Assembly (NCBI GenBank): GCA_965243025.1
Contig: CBDETY010000003.1
Span: 4,192,001 to 4,256,000, forward strand
Source of the DNA: Candidatus Latescibacterota bacterium
GTDB taxonomy: Bacteria > Latescibacterota > UBA2968 > UBA8231
Length of the DNA: 64,000 nucleotides
Reading direction: 5' to 3'
The first letter of the stretch is position 1; every line of letters starts with the position of its first letter. Shown here piece by piece: positions 39,884-49,023 of the stretch. The position numbers and the translations under genes are program-made. The notes below the pieces were generated by a model, which saw only the letters and a program-made list of their open reading frames with translations, was not told the origin of the DNA and did not search any database.

Positions 39884-41080
39884 ATGAGAATGCGCATCTA
39901 CAAGTCGAGCCTGGGAATCACAGGTTTGCTGACCGGTCTCTTCGCGCTTGGAGAGGGCCTCTCGCTATTTGCCCAGAACCAGCCGGCCCGGGCTGCTGGC
40001 GAGCATCACGAGGAATCCGGGGAGAGGGTACGGCTGAGCGCAGCGGAACGGGCCGAGTTCGGCATCGAGGTCGCAAACGCCTCCCCGGGCAAGCTGGCGA
40101 TACAGGTGAATACACCCGGGGAAGTGCAGGTCAATCCCAATCTGCTTGCCCACATCGTTCCCCGGGTTCCGGGGGTCGCCAGCGAGATCTTCGCCAATGT
40201 CGGAGACCGGGTGAAGCAGGACGAGATCCTGGCAGTGCTGGAAAGCCAGGAGCTCTCCGAAATGAAGTCGGCATACCTGGTCGCCCAGGAGCGCCTGGAG
40301 CTGGCTCAGGCAACCTTCGACCGGGAAGAAACCCTGTGGGCCCAGTCGATCTCTTCGGAGCGGGTATTCCTCGAGGCCAGGACCAGGCTGGCGGAAGCGC
40401 GGATCGACCTGCGGGTGGCCGAGCAGAAGCTTCGCGCCCTCGGGTATTCCGTGTCCAGCCTGGAGAAGCTGTCCTTCGAGGGGGACGAGCGCTTTACCCG
40501 CTACGAAATAAGGGCCCCCTTCACGGGGACCATCATATACAAGCACATAACCCAGGGGGAAGTGCTGAAGGAGGATTCCGAGGCCTTCATCGTGGCGAAC
40601 CTGCGTTCCGTGTGGGTCCTGTTGACGGCTTACCAGACGGATCTGCCGTTCCTGCGCGTCGGCCAGGCCGTCCATATCCAGGGAAGCCAGGGCGGCCCTT
40701 CCACCACCGGAACCGTGGACTATATCAGCCCCATCATCAACGAGTCGCTGCGGACAGCTTCGGTTCGCACCGTCCTTCCCAACCCCGACGGCCGTTGGCG
40801 GCCCGGCTCCTTTGTCACCGCAACCATTGATGTGGAAGGCATCGATGTTCCCCTCCTGGTGCCGGGTTCCGCCGTCCAGATGCTGGAAGACCACCCGGTC
40901 GTCTTTGTCGAGACCGGCGGGGAATTCGTCCCCCGGCCGGTCCGCTTAGGCCGCGCCAACCCCACCCATGCCGAGATCGTCTCCGGGCTGGAACCGGGAC
41001 AGCCGTATGTCTCCCGGGGGGCCTTCGTCCTGAAAGCCCAGCTGGAAAAGGGCGCTTTCGGCGAAGGCCACGCCCACTGA
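39884..41080 (+). CDS. CzcB-like RND periplasmic adaptor
   Basis: IVPRVPG...VGDRV, IRAPFTG, NPDGRWRPG, C-terminal GHAH. Confidence 0.9.
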   Translation: MRMRIYKSSLGITGLLTGLFALGEGLSLFAQNQPARAAGEHHEESGERVRLSAAERAEFGIEVANASPGKLAIQVNTPGEVQVNPNLLAHIVPRVPGVASEIFANVGDRVKQDEILAVLESQELSEMKSAYLVAQERLELAQATFDREETLWAQSISSERVFLEARTRLAEARIDLRVAEQKLRALGYSVSSLEKLSFEGDERFTRYEIRAPFTGTIIYKHITQGEVLKEDSEAFIVANLRSVWVLLTAYQTDLPFLRVGQAVHIQGSQGGPSTTGTVDYISPIINESLRTASVRTVLPNPDGRWRPGSFVTATIDVEGIDVPLLVPGSAVQMLEDHPVVFVETGGEFVPRPVRLGRANPTHAEIVSGLEPGQPYVSRGAFVLKAQLEKGAFGEGHAH

Positions 41081-41102
41081 CCGCCGGGGGAAGGGCAGGC
41101 CG

Positions 41103-42647
41103 ATGGTAGACCGCATCATTCAGCTGTCGCTGCACAACCGGCTGCTCATGCTGGTCCTGGGAGCGGTGGTGGTGGGGAGCGGATACTACAGCTACCGGCA
41201 GCTTCCGGTCGATGCCTTTCCCGACGTCTCCCCCAACCTCGTGCAGGTATTCACCGTCACCGAGGGTCTGGCCCCCGAAGAGATCGAAACCTACGTCACC
41301 TACCCCATCGAGACGGTGATGAACGGCCTCCCCGGCATCGAGAACATCCGTTCGGTTTCGAACTTCGGCCTCTCTGTCGTCAACATCTACTTCGAAGACG
41401 GAATGGATATCTACTTCGCCCGCCAGCTGGTCAACGAACGGCTTCAGGAGGCCCGGGAACAGATCCCGGAAGGGTTCGGCGAACCGGCGCTGGGGCCGAT
41501 TTCCACCGGTATGGGGCTGGTGCTCTTCTACTACCTCGAAGACACCACCGGCGAGCACTCGCTCGAAGAGCTGCGCACGATCCAGGACTGGCTGGTCAAG
41601 TTCCACCTGCAGACCGTTCCGGGAGTCACCGAGATCCTCGGCATCGGCGGCCACGAGAAGCAGTTTCACGTAGTGGTCGATCCCCACGCCCTTTTGCGCT
41701 ACGGGGTGACCCTGCGCGACGTCATCGAACAGATCGCAGCCAACAACCTCAACGTCGGCGCCCAGTTCATACGGAAGGACGCCGAGGAATACGTCGTGCG
41801 CTCGGTCGGCCTGGCCTCCACCGTGGCCGATATCGAGAACATCGTCATCAAGGCAGCGGACGGAACTCCCATCTTCCTCAACCAGGTAGCGGAAGTGGGC
41901 ATCGGAGGGGCAGTGCGGCGGGGGGTGCAGACCCGCAACGGTGTGGAGGAAGTGGTTGCCGGCATGGTGATAAAGCTCTTCGGCGCCAATTCCTCGACGG
42001 TGATCGAGCGGGTCGAAGCGAAGATGGAGGAGATCAACCGCATTCTTCCCGACGGAGTGCGGCTGGTCCCCTACTACGAGCAGAAGACCCTGGTGGCGGC
42101 CTGCGTGGCCACGGTCACGAACGCCCTGATTCAGGGTATCGTCCTGGTCACCCTGGTGCTGATCCTGTTCATGGGCAGCGCCCGGCCAAGCCTGGTGGTG
42201 GCCCTCTCCATTCCCTTCTCCGTCCTGTTCGCCACCCTCGGCATGCGCTGTTTCGGCATCTCGGCCAATCTCATGTCCCTCGGGGGCCTGGCCATCGCCA
42301 TCGGCATGATGGTCGACGGCACCATCGTCGTCGTCGAGAACGTCGACCGCATCCTGCGGCAGGCGGATGCCGGCGAGGGACGCGTCCAGGCCGTTGCCCG
42401 CGCCTGCGCCGAAGTCGGCCGTCCCATCGTCTTCGCCATCCTCATCATCATTCTCGTCTTCCTGCCCCTGTTCACCCTCCAGGGTGTGGAGGGAAAGACC
42501 TTCCGGCCCCTGGCCTACACCGTGGCCATGGCGATGCTGGGCTCACTGGTCTTCGCCCTGTTACTCGCCCCGGTGCTGGCGAACCTTTTGCTGCGCTCAC
42601 CCGGATCCGGGGGAGACGGGGCGCCGCGACGCGAGGGAATTATCTAG
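41103..42647 (+). pseudogene. czcA: CzcA/CusA heavy-metal RND permease, C-terminally truncated (514 aa, about half length)
   Basis: LPVDAFPDVS, ANLMSLGGLAIAIGMMVDG, EGKTFRPLAYT. It stops just after TM6 where AT-rich sequence begins; the second half is not in the window. Confidence 0.88.
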
Positions 42648-42660
42648 ATAACTGCGCAAG
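42635..42660. mobile_element. Candidate IS1595-family terminal inverted repeat / island left junction
   Basis: GGGAATTATCTAGATAACTGCGCAAG sits at the czcA break and resembles the GGnnATTAT ends recalled for ISNwi-group IS1595. It contains a 12-bp palindrome TTATCTAGATAA (42640-42651). No partner was seen in the window. Confidence 0.45.
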
Positions 42661-42699
42661 GGAATTTTAGTGATCTCACCCGCGAAATTAAAGAAAATC

Positions 42700-42708
42700 T
42701 GGTATAAT
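42700..42708 (+). promoter_or_regulatory. Perfect extended -10 element
   Basis: TGGTATAAT in AT-rich context, pointing into the non-coding repeat region. Confidence 0.5.
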
Positions 42709-42769
42709 ATAGTAGAGAAATTGCAGAGAAACGGACATCCTTCGTCCCACTGTAATAGCCGGGAGATGG

Positions 42770-43438
42770 GGGATGTCGACTGGCTGGCAATTCCACATGA
42801 TTGCATGCTGACCGGAGAAGCCTGCCAGATTGGCACCATGGATCGACCCCCACTCTGATCGAGGAGTGGATGCGCGAGCCCCCTGGGTCTACAAAGCCGT
42901 CGTTGAGGTGAGAAGGATCATTCCGTTTGGTCGACAAGATGGCAAGGGGCAAGCTGGATCTGATTCCGGATCGGGAAGGCCACTCGGATCGAGGAGGGAA
43001 CCGGGACTCTTGCCTGATCTGAGTCGGGGACTGGCAGCGGCATATCATGGCGTTCTCAAAGTCAGGCAGTCTGCATCCTGCGATCTATCCGGACTCGCAG
43101 GTACCTCCCCCTGAAGTCGGCACCGTGGATCGAAAGGCCGCTTTCTGATGGAGGAGAGGATGCGCGAATGCCCCGGGTCTGCAAAGCCGTCGTCGCCGAG
43201 GTGAGGAGGAAGTCATCCCGTTTGGTCGACAAGATGGCAAGCAGGATGACTGAGGATTCCTCGGGTACAGCCTGAGCTCCAGGCGCAACAGGGGAGGCAG
43301 CCGGCAGGGATGTCGCCTTGCCGACCATTCGGCATGATTCGCCGCTTCCCTCCACCAGATGAGAATCGATTCACAGTTCCGCCGGCGATGCGCAAGACGG
43401 CAGGCACCGGCAGCGGGATGTCGACTTGCTGACTATTC
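42770..43438 (+). repeat. Non-coding degenerate direct repeats X and Y
   Basis: X: 42832-42946 and 43119-43241 share the exact 24-mer CCGTTTGGTCGACAAGATGGCAAG; partial copies at 42968-42996 and 45172-45211. Y: GGGATGTCG(A/C)CT(G/T)GC...ATTC at 42770, 43307 and 43415. Confidence 0.85.
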
Positions 43439-44437
43439 GAACAGCTTCGCCCTTTCCTTCGACCGGTGATGAGTGTAGGGTTTCGGAGGAACCTCCGTCG
43501 CCAGCAGATCCCGGTAGGTCAGCCGTTTCCTCATCATCCGCGCCGTCAGATACCTAATCCGCTCCTCGGGGTCCAGGTTGCGGATGTTGTGCTTGCCTGT
43601 GATCTCCTTGAGGTATCGGGGCAGATACTTGGGAGACACGTGGTGGTGGGTCCCGTATATCGTTCGCTTCGCCTTGGCCCAGAACGATTCCATGCCGTTC
43701 GTATGGACCTCCCCTCTGACGTATTCCTCCTTGTGGTTGACGGTGTCGTGTCTTCCCGGCCATTCGAAACCATCGCGAAAGGTCGGGGCATTGTCGCTGA
43801 AAAGGGTGCCCTCCGGGCGTACGTTTTCCTCGGCGAAGGGGAACACGGTCTCGCGTGTCTCATCAGGGACCACCTTGGAGGCCACGTCGCCGGTTTCCCG
43901 GCAGCGCACTCCGCTCACGGGGGTACTGCCATACCTCCATTTCCAGTGAAACTTCTTGTCGGCGTGCCTGTTTTTATCGTCTCCGGCGAACCAGGCTTGA
44001 TCTATCTCGGCCATGCTGCTGCCCAGCGGTTGGGGAACCGGCCAGGCTTCCCGGAAGCGGTGCAGCATGAACAAGGCCGACGAATACGCAAGGTCGAGGT
44101 CGCTCGCAAGCTGCCTGGCGCTGATTCCCTTCGGTCTGGATTCGTACAGGTGGACGCCGATGGCCCATTTCCGCAAGGGGATCTTGGAGTGGGACATTCC
44201 CCCTTCCGTGCGCACGCTGAAGCGCTTTCGACAGCCGCCGCACCAGTAGGGCATGGGCTTGCGGCCGGGGCATTCCGATACCCTGTCGGAGCGGCCGCAG
44301 CGCGGGCAGTATATGAATTCGGGCAGGCCGTCTACGGTCTTCCCCCATCTTTTCTCTTCGAACCATTTTTCTGCGGTTGCGTCATCTGGAAACATGCTGA
44401 ACAAATCAATTAACGAGATGCTTTTACCATTACTCAT
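43433..44437 (-). mobile_element. IS1595-family (ISXO2-like) transposase
   Basis: FPDDATAEKWFE..RW, Zn ribbon CPRC...CGGCRKRFSVRT, EID / FSD / VNH / HTNGMESFW / HHVSPKYLPRYL motifs. Confidence 0.92.
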
Positions 44438-44835
44438 CCTTACTGACCTTCGGGCCGTGGAATACCGAACTGGAGACCTGCGGCCCTTACAAAAACGATG
44501 TGATTCACGCTCCCATGGCTGTCCTTTCGGTTTCAGTGGGATGGTGACTCTGCCGGAATGTCACCGACAGATGGGACTGGGGACCGGCCGTGGATCCTGC
44601 CCGGCTCCCGTTGCATGTGCCTATAGTGTATTCCGCTGGATTAAAAAAGCAAGTCGGCTTTCGGAGAATTCAAAAACCCCGTAATAGCGACGGTAAACTT
44701 TAGTTTCTGGAAGGGGAGGAGGGGGCGGCACGGAAGGGGAGGGCGAGGAGGTCGGCGGGGGGTGCAGGAAGGCCCGATTCAAGGGGGATGGGCATCCAGA
44801 CGATCCCCGGGGGCTGAAGCCGGGGTGTAGCGGTC

Positions 44836-45400
44836 CCCGGCAACCGGCGAAAACGGAGTCGCGCTACGAGGCGGAGAAGACCGGGGGTCTGCGGATAATC
44901 GAGAGGACGCGGAAGGAGGCGCTTCGGAGGGGCAAAGATTCTGAAGCGGTCAATCGCCGGGTTATCCGAAAGATTTCAGGATCGGCGGGTCGAGGTGCAG
45001 CTGCGGAACTACGAGGCGAGGGTATCCCGCAAGCTGGCGAACCGGCAGGCCGTGAGCTCCCCTGAGGGTCGACGCTGGGAAGAGGGTATTTTCCCGTAGC
45101 GTAGGGAATACAGAAGCCGACGATTCGGGAGGGATCCTCTCGTTGCCTTTGCACACCCCCCTTGGGAAATCGGCACGGTGGATCGGAGCCCCCCGGCTTC
45201 TGAACGAGGAGGGGGTCTCAGTCCGGGATCGGTGTTCCTGGGGGATTCAGGGAACAGGGTGTCGAGGGTGCCGGCTGCCCGGAACTACGAGGCGAGGGGT
45301 ATCCCCTTCCCTGAAAGCCTGGCGAACCGGCAGGCCGTAAGTGCCCCCTGGTACGGTCCTTGCAGGACTACGCTGCGAAAAAGGGGGTATTCTCCTGCGG
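44836..45400 (+). repeat. Non-coding degenerate direct repeats Z and W
   Basis: Z: 25-mer CGGCGAAAACGGAGTCGCGCTACGA at 44845 and 47076. W: CGGAACTACGAGGCGAGGG at 45004/45280 and CTGGCGAACCGGCAGGCCGT at 45034/45319. Confidence 0.85.
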
Positions 45401-45446
45401 AGAATACTGAATGGAGGCAGCGGGCAGCGGGATTGTCAAGAACGGT

Positions 45447-46314
45447 TTAAAGTTGACAGTTCCAACGGTTTAAAGTGGACACTTTTCTACTCCACGCGGC
45501 TGGATTCTGTCCGCGCATGTGTTCTCCTTCCGGTTGACGAGGGGTATCTCCGGTGGTGAGTCCGGACTGGCGACGATGCCGCAGGCGGTAGCTGTCCCCC
45601 CGGATGTTGATGGTGGAGGAGTGGTGTAACAAGCGGTCCAGGAGCGCGGTGGCCAGCACCGGATCGGGAAAGATCTCGTTCCAGGTGCCATAGCTCTTGT
45701 TGCTGGTCAGGATGATGGACTTGAGCGCTTCGTAGCGCTTGCTGACCACTTCGAAGAGGAAGGTGGCGTCCTGGCGCTCCAGGGGCATGTAGCCGACCTC
45801 GTCCAGGACCAGCAGGTCGGGTCGGGTCAGCGTCTGGAGCAGGACGGACAGCCGGTTCTTCTCGCGAGCGCTGCGGGAGCGGGTGACCAGATCGTGCAGG
45901 GTCAGGAAATAGACGCGGTGGCCGCGCTCGATGGCCTTGAGGGCCAGGCCGAGAGCCAGGTGCGATTTGCCGACCCCGGGCGGTCCGAGGAACAGGACGT
46001 TGGTCCCCTGGTGCAGGAAGCGCAGCGTGGCGAGCTCGTCGATGGTCTGTTTGGGCACCTGGGCCTGGGCGTGGAAATCGAAGCTTTCCAAGGTCCTGGT
46101 CGCGGCCATGCCCGACAGTCTCAGGTTGGTGGCCACCCGGCGCTCCGAAGCGGTGGACGCGCTCGCGGTTGAGGAGTTCATCGATCACTTCCACCGGCAA
46201 CTGCTGCTTTTTTTGGCCCTCCTCCAGGACCGTATCCAAGTCGGTGCGGGCGGCGTTCAGGTCGAGTATTTCCAGGCGTTCCTGCACGCGCTCGTAACTG
46301 ACGGTCGCGCTCAT
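45447..46314 (-). pseudogene. istB: IS21 helper ATPase IstB, 1-bp frameshift near 46146
   Basis: GPPGVGKSH, LLVLDEVGY, LTSNK, ALLDRLLHH, GDSYR. The N-terminus (MSATVSYERVQERL) is in another frame because of an extra G in TTC-G-GAG. Confidence 0.9.
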
Positions 46315-46770
46315 GCGAGCACCTCCTGCGACGTTTCGATGAGGAGGTCCTCATACACCTCCAGCGACCGGACCTGGACCTCGAGATCCGGATGGGCCGC
46401 CCTCGGCGGCGGTGCCGTGAGCGCCAGGACCGGCTCGGGCGGCCTCTGCTCGAAGCGGAGGCGCCGTCCTTTCCGTCGGCTGTGCTGCCGGGCCGCTGCT
46501 CGCGTGAGCTGGCGGAGGGCGGCGGCGTGCTCGGGCAGGGTGACGGCGGCATGCCCCTGGACTCGCCGCTGATGACGAGCCACCGGGACGTCGCCCAGAT
46601 ACACCCAAAACAGTTCGCCGACCTCCTCGCCTTCGGGTCGCACTCTCACCGTGCGCCCCACCGCTTGCGGATCGACGCTGTAGCGGGTGCCCCCGTAACT
46701 GATATGACCGTCGGAGGGCACCTGTCGGAATTCGAATCGGCGCGGAAACCGGGCGGAGAGGGGCTGAGGA
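46311..46770 (-). pseudogene. istA: IS21 transposase IstA, C-terminal fragment only
   Basis: RQVPSDGHISYGGTRYSVD (Mu-type C-terminal domain) and VQVRSLEVYE tail, ATGA overlap with istB. HTH and DDE core are absent. Confidence 0.8.
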
Positions 46771-46776
46771 GCACGG

Positions 46777-46819
46777 TGTGGATAACTTGCTGGAAGACGC
46801 TCACACCGGGTTATCCACA
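46777..46819. promoter_or_regulatory. Inverted pair of perfect DnaA-box 9-mers
   Basis: TGTGGATAAC (46777-46786) and GTTATCCACA (46810-46819), 23-bp spacer. Confidence 0.55.
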
Positions 46820-47066
46820 TCTGAGTCCGGTACCTCCGAGAGGACGAGCGATTATCTCAGGAGATACGCACCCCGAAGTGTCCAACTTAATATCGGTGAT
46901 TTTGTCAAAGAAAAAACCGGCGGTGACAGGATGTCCACCCCTCCACAGAGGAGGTGGAGGCGGAGAGCGAGCCTGACCTCGTCACGCCACCGGATCCCGC
47001 CGGTACGTCAGGGGTCCCCCCCCCATTCGTGGCAGGGGAGAAGGCTATCCCCCGGAAAGGTCTGTT

Positions 47067-47230
47067 CCCGGCAATCGGCGAAAACGGAGTCGCGCTACGA
47101 TCCCGAGGCGGAAAAATCGCGGTCTGCGGATAGTCGAGAGGATTTCAGGAACGGCTGCGTCGAAGTGCCGGTGTCGATGAAACTGGCTGCGGGCTGAAGA
47201 AACGGGCAGCGGAACTGCGAGGGGAGTGCC
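47067..47230 (+). repeat. Second copy of repeat Z followed by a degenerate W
   Basis: Matches 44836-44907, then GATTTCAGGA...GTCGAAGTGC...GCGGAACTGCGAGG similar to 44972-45020. Confidence 0.75.
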
Positions 47231-47521
47231 GAGAACCCACAAGCCGGCCGCATTTCTGCAAGGATCCACTTGATGGTAGCGGTGTTTCACCCCACCCCGA
47301 CATCCAGTCAGGGGTGCGCGAATCTGGGTGTCCCGCCAAGTGGGGAACCTGGGGTGTCGTTTGACATGGGTGAGGTGCGGACGGGTGAGAGCAAGCCAAG
47401 CGGAGGCGGAGGAGCCGCCGAGGAAACCGCTTCCTATGCAGAAGTGGAACCTTCCATCCATAGGCGGAGGCCGGACGAGGTTTGAGCGTATTCATCGACG
47501 GCCGGTACCATGGGACGAGGG

Positions 47522-47743
47522 TCATGGCCCTGTAATCTGTATCTCCTCTCTGGCAGCCATTTTGAATTCCTCAAGGGATGCTGCCAGCCTGTTCAGACAG
47601 CCCAGTACCACCCGGTGGGCCTTATGGGTCTTGGGATACGGGGCAATTCCGTTCACTTCGGTTTTCAGGATGTTGAGTTTCTCTAGGTGAAGCCCGGATT
47701 CAATCACCACGGCCATCAGGTCGTGATGTTCACGTCGGTTCAT
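47522..47743 (-). CDS. Small hypothetical protein
   Basis: 73-aa ORF MNRREHHDLMAVV... with upstream GGAG. No family recognised. Confidence 0.45.
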   Translation of the reverse strand: MNRREHHDLMAVVIESGLHLEKLNILKTEVNGIAPYPKTHKAHRVVLGCLNRLAASLEEFKMAAREEIQITGP

Positions 47744-48106
47744 TGGTCTTTCTCCACACAACAGGGTCTTTAATGGTCGGTGAACGTCAGAAAATTCTCA
47801 TCCAGATCGTGGAGCAGTTCGCGCAGGCTCTCGCGAACCGTGTTCTCCTCCTGCCGAAACAAGGTTCCAGACCTGGTTGTAGTCCCTGCCGGAACCCTCG
47901 TCTCCGGTGACGCTTTCCGTTACGGATAGTTGAGGTCCCACCTGGTGGGGCCGGGGTTAATTATAGGGACCCCTTCCTCCATCCCTGTCTGGAACCGGGG
48001 TTCCGGTGCGGTGTTTTCGGTACCAACGAAAACGCCTGCAAATCAGGACCGCAGGACGGCACCTTCGAATTGCAGGCGTTTCCCAAACACCTTGCCGCTT
48101 TCCCCT

Positions 48107-48337
48107 TCAGGGGTTTCCGGCCACCCCTTCTGTTTCTTTTTCTGAATCCAACCAGGATGAGATCACCCGCGACTTCACCACCGGCAGGCCGACGTCGATG
48201 CACTCCCGGACCACCTCGGCGTAGGACAACCGGCCTCTTCGGCCAGCTCCTCAACGGCTTTGTTGTACGGAAGTGCTCACCGACGCCCTCAAATGGCCGG
48301 GGAAGTGGATCCTTCGCCTGTATGGTCTCCTGGGCAT
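48107..48337 (-). pseudogene. Third ribbon-helix-helix-like paralogue, disrupted
   Basis: MPRRPYRRRIHFPGHLRASV...AEVVRECIDVGLPVVKSRV, with compensating +1/-1 indels that create an internal TGA. Confidence 0.7.
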
Positions 48338-48355
48338 GCCAGAGGGGAATTTCAG

Positions 48356-48592
48356 CTAGGAAATGGAAGGCGAGCCGGGCCACCTTCCGGGATGGTGTGG
48401 GTGGTAGTTTCTTTTCACCCGCAACTTCACCACCGGCAGGCCGATCTCGATGCACTTCCGGACTGTTTCGGCCAACGACCAACCGGCCTGGTCGGCGATC
48501 TTCTCGACGGTTTCTCTCGTGGCCCCGTTCATGGATACACTCAGGTGCCCGGGGTAGTGGCTCCTTCGCCGGTAGGGTCTGGTTTGGGTCAT
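48356..48592 (-). CDS. Ribbon-helix-helix (CopG-like) small protein, paralogue 2
   Basis: MTQTRPYRRRSHYPGHLSVSMNGATRETVEKIADQAGWSLAETVRKCIEIGL. ATGA overlap with paralogue 1. Confidence 0.7.
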   Translation of the reverse strand: MTQTRPYRRRSHYPGHLSVSMNGATRETVEKIADQAGWSLAETVRKCIEIGLPVVKLRVKRNYHPHHPGRWPGSPSIS

Positions 48593-48798
48593 GCCGAAGA
48601 GGGGATGTCGTTGCTCCTGCCCGCACTGGCCCGCACCTTCGGCAGGCCGGCCTCGATGCACTCCCGGACCGTTTCGGCGACCGACCACCCGGCCTGGTCG
48701 GCGACCTCCTCGACGGCTTCTTGTGTGGCCTGGGTCACGGCTACACTCAAATGCTCGGGATAGTGGCTCGGCCGCCTGTATTTTCTCTTCTTGGCCAT
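48589..48798 (-). CDS. Ribbon-helix-helix (CopG-like) small protein, paralogue 1
   Basis: HLSVAV strand, helix, AGWSVAETVRECIEAGL helix pattern. Confidence 0.72.
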   Translation of the reverse strand: MAKKRKYRRPSHYPEHLSVAVTQATQEAVEEVADQAGWSVAETVRECIEAGLPKVRASAGRSNDIPSSA

Positions 48799-48949
48799 GT
48801 TCGTCTTATTTCACAGGGGAAAAAGAAAAAAGGAAGATGGGATGCCGATGTTCATTCCCCCTTTGACCTGGCGATGGAGGCCACCCCAAGAACCAGGTTT
48901 CAGGGGTTTTGCCGATCATCCCCAATCACATCCCATCTCCCCGAAATCT

Positions 48950-49009
48950 GAAATAGAAAGAGGGGTGGGAGGGAGACGACGAAATTGCCTCCTTTCCCAA
49001 CCCCCCTCT
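48950..49009 (-). terminator. Rho-independent terminator after the giant gene
   Basis: Minus strand AGAGGGGGGTTGGGAAAGGAG...CTCCCTCCCACCCCTCT stem followed by TTCTATTT, ~15 bp after the stop. Confidence 0.65.
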
Positions 49010-49023
49010 TTACCAACCTGCTT

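Larger units (their letters stand above)
45434..46928 (-). mobile_element. Internally deleted IS21-family element (1495 bp) with TIRs and 4-bp TSD
   Basis: Ends TGTCAAGAACGGTTTAAAGTTGACA... and (reverse complement) TGTCACCGCCGGTTTTTTCTTTGACA...TGGACACTT align. Subterminal repeat AACGGTTTAAAGT(T/G)GACA at 45441 and 45464. GGAT flanks both sides (45430-45433, 46929-46932). Confidence 0.88.

Noticed and set aside
46777-46819. Replication origin
   Set aside because: Only two DnaA boxes, inside an IS, with no clear unwinding element or dnaA/rep gene nearby.
42770-47230. Repeat mosaic as a degenerate CRISPR array for the type I-G system
   Set aside because: No constant repeat length or spacer period, and several different motifs are interleaved. 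No CRISPR array is visible anywhere in the window.
47770-47930. Possible gene fragment (RQEENTVRESLRELLHDLDENF) on the minus strand
   Set aside because: No clear start or family match; too short to support.
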